From contig NC_090399.1 in NCBI RefSeq assembly GCF_036365525.1, positions 66,272,862 to 66,336,861 of the forward strand: a stretch of 64,000 bases of DNA. The letters are read 5' to 3'. The notes below the pieces were generated by a model. The model was not told where the DNA came from. It did not search any database and saw only the letters and a list, made by a program, of their open reading frames with translations. Shown piece by piece: positions 62,201-64,000 of the stretch. Position 1 is the stretch's first letter. Every line of letters starts with the position of its first letter. Position numbers and translations under genes: made by a program. The stretch comes from Heterodontus francisci (lineage: Eukaryota).

Positions 62201-64000
62201 CCTCACTCGTTCACTCACTATCAGTTCCCCCCTCACTCGTTCACTCACTATCAGTTCCCCCCTCACTCGTTCACTCACTATCAGTTTCCCCCTCACTCGT
62301 TCCCTCGCTCTCAGTTCCCCCCTCACTCGTTCACACACTATCAGTTCCCCCCTCACTCGTTCCCTCGCTCTCAGTTCCCCCCTCACTCGTTCACTCGCTC
62401 TCAGTTCCCCCCTCACTCGTTCACTCACTCTCAGTTCCCCCCTCACTCGTTCGCATCGCTCTCAGTTCCCCCCTCACTCGTTCCCTCGCTCTCAGTTCCC
62501 CCCTCACTCGTTCCCTCGCTCTCAGTTCCCCCCTCACTCGTTCCCTCGCTCTCAGTTCCCCCCCTCACTCGTTCCCTCGCTCTCAGTTCCCCCCTCACTC
62601 GTTCACTCGCTCTCAGTTCCCCCCTCACTCGTTCCCTCGCTCTCAGTTCCCCCCTCACTCGTTCGCTCACTCTCAGTTCCCCCCTCACTCGTTCGCTTCG
62701 CTCTCAGTTCCCCCCTCACTCGTTCGCTCACTCTCAGTTCCCCCCTCACTCGTTCCCTCGCTCTCAGTTCCCCCTCACTCGTTCCCTCGCTCTCAGTTTC
62801 CCCCCTCACTCGTTCCCTCGCTCTCAGTTTCCCCCCTCACTCGTTCGCTCACTCTCAGTTCCCCCCTCACTCGTTCGCTCACTCTCAGTTCCCCCCTCAC
62901 TCGTTCCCAGGCTCTCAGTTCCCCCCTCACTCGTTCGCTCGCTCTCAGTTGCCCCCTCACTCGTTCCCTCGCTCTCAGTTGCCCCCTCACTCGTTCCCTC
63001 GCTCTCAGTTCCCCCCTCACTCGTTCCCTCGCTCTCAGTTCCCCCCTCACTCGTTCCCTCGCTCTCAGTTCCCCCCTCACTCGTTCCCTCGCTCTCAGTT
63101 CCCCCCACTCGTTCCCTCGCTCTCAGTTGCCCCCTCACTCGTTCCCTCGCTCTCAGTTCCCCCCTCACTCGTTCCCTCGCTCTCAGTTCCCCCCTCACTC
63201 GTTCCCTCGCTCTCAGTTCCCCCCTCACTCGTTCGCTCGCTCTCAGTTCCCCCCTCACTCGTTCGCTCGCTCTCAGTTCCCCCCTCACTCGTTCCCTCGC
63301 TCTCAGTTCCCCCCTCACTCGTTCCCTCGCTCTCAGTTCCCCCCTCACTCGTTCCCTCGCTCTCAGTTCCCCCCTCACTCGTTCCCTCGCTCTCAGTTCC
63401 CCCCTCACTCGTTCCCTCGCTCTCAGTTCCCTCCTCACTCGTTCCCTCGCACTCAGTTCCCCCCTCACTCGTTCCCAGGCTCTCAGTTCCCCCCTCACTG
63501 GTTCACTCACTCTCAGTTCCCCCCTCACTCGTTCACCCGCTCTCAGTTCCCCCCTCGCTCGTTCTCTCGCTCTCAGTTCCACCCTCGCTCATCCCCTCGC
63601 TCTCAGTTCCCCCCTCGCTCTCAGTTCCCCCCTCGCTCGTTCCCTCGCTCTCAGTTCCCCCCTCACTCGTTCCATCGCTCTCAGTTACCCCCTCACTCGT
63701 TCCCTCGCTCTCAGTTACCCCCTCACTCGTTCCTTCGCTCTCAGTTACCCCCTCACTCGTTCCCTCGCTCTCAGTTCCCCCCTCACTCGTTCACTCACTA
63801 TCAGTTCCCCCCTCACTCGTTCCCTTGCTCTCAGTTCCCCCCACACTCGTTCACACACTATCAGTTCCCCCCTCACTCGTTCCCTCGCTCTCAGTTCCCC
63901 CCTCACTCGTTCACTCACTATCAGTTCCCCCCTCACTCGTTCACTCACTATCAGTTGCCCCCTCACTCGTTCACTCACTTTCAGTTCCCCCCTCACTCGT
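60231..64000 (+). repeat. Same 30-bp satellite array, right of gap, same orientation
   Basis: Same monomer and variant classes as the left contig. It runs to the right window edge. Confidence 0.99.

Noticed and set aside
72-63996. Minus-strand ORFs (RGELRARERV, EGGTESEGTS repeats)
   Set aside because: These are translations of the same repeat with mostly GTG starts from the monomer, ending at indels or point variants. There is no sign of coding constraint.
1-64000. CRISPR array (30-bp repeat length)
   Set aside because: Repeats are directly adjacent with no unique spacers, leader or cas genes.
1-64000. Variant order as a functional code, or a programmed diversification or antigenic-variation cassette system
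   Set aside because: The pattern is explained by slippage and nested duplication. No recombinase, reverse transcriptase, expression site or target gene is present in the window.
1-64000. True telomeric array
   Set aside because: No canonical tandem CCCTAA-type short repeat was seen; only variant-like hexamers embedded in a 30-mer.

Overview
The whole window is one head-to-tail tandem satellite array of about 2,100 copies of a 30-bp monomer (consensus CTCAGTTCCCCCCTCACTCGTTCCCTCGCT; 16C/9T/3G/2A; 2 CpG). It is interrupted only by a 200-N scaffold gap at 60031-60230. I see no genes, RNA genes, CRISPR array, transposon insertion, inversion or unique sequence. The very long ORFs in the track are by-products of a repeat whose + strand consensus has no stop codon in any frame. 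I found no new gene-based system; the interest lies in the array architecture. (i) The monomer has internal homology, with two related halves, a YTCN tetramer phase and telomere-variant-like hexamers. (ii) Variant monomers recur in a conserved order, forming an irregular higher-order cycle of 0.8-6.8 kb. (iii) There are nested segmental duplications, including a near-exact 8.78-kb tandem duplication. (iv) Diagnostic variants define spatial strata along the array. (v) The ~1.96 kb on each side of the N gap is the same sequence, so the gap is probably an unmerged contig overlap. A eukaryotic heterochromatic origin (subtelomeric or pericentromeric) is inferred, not shown. Coordinates and offsets were read by eye and are approximate at block edges.
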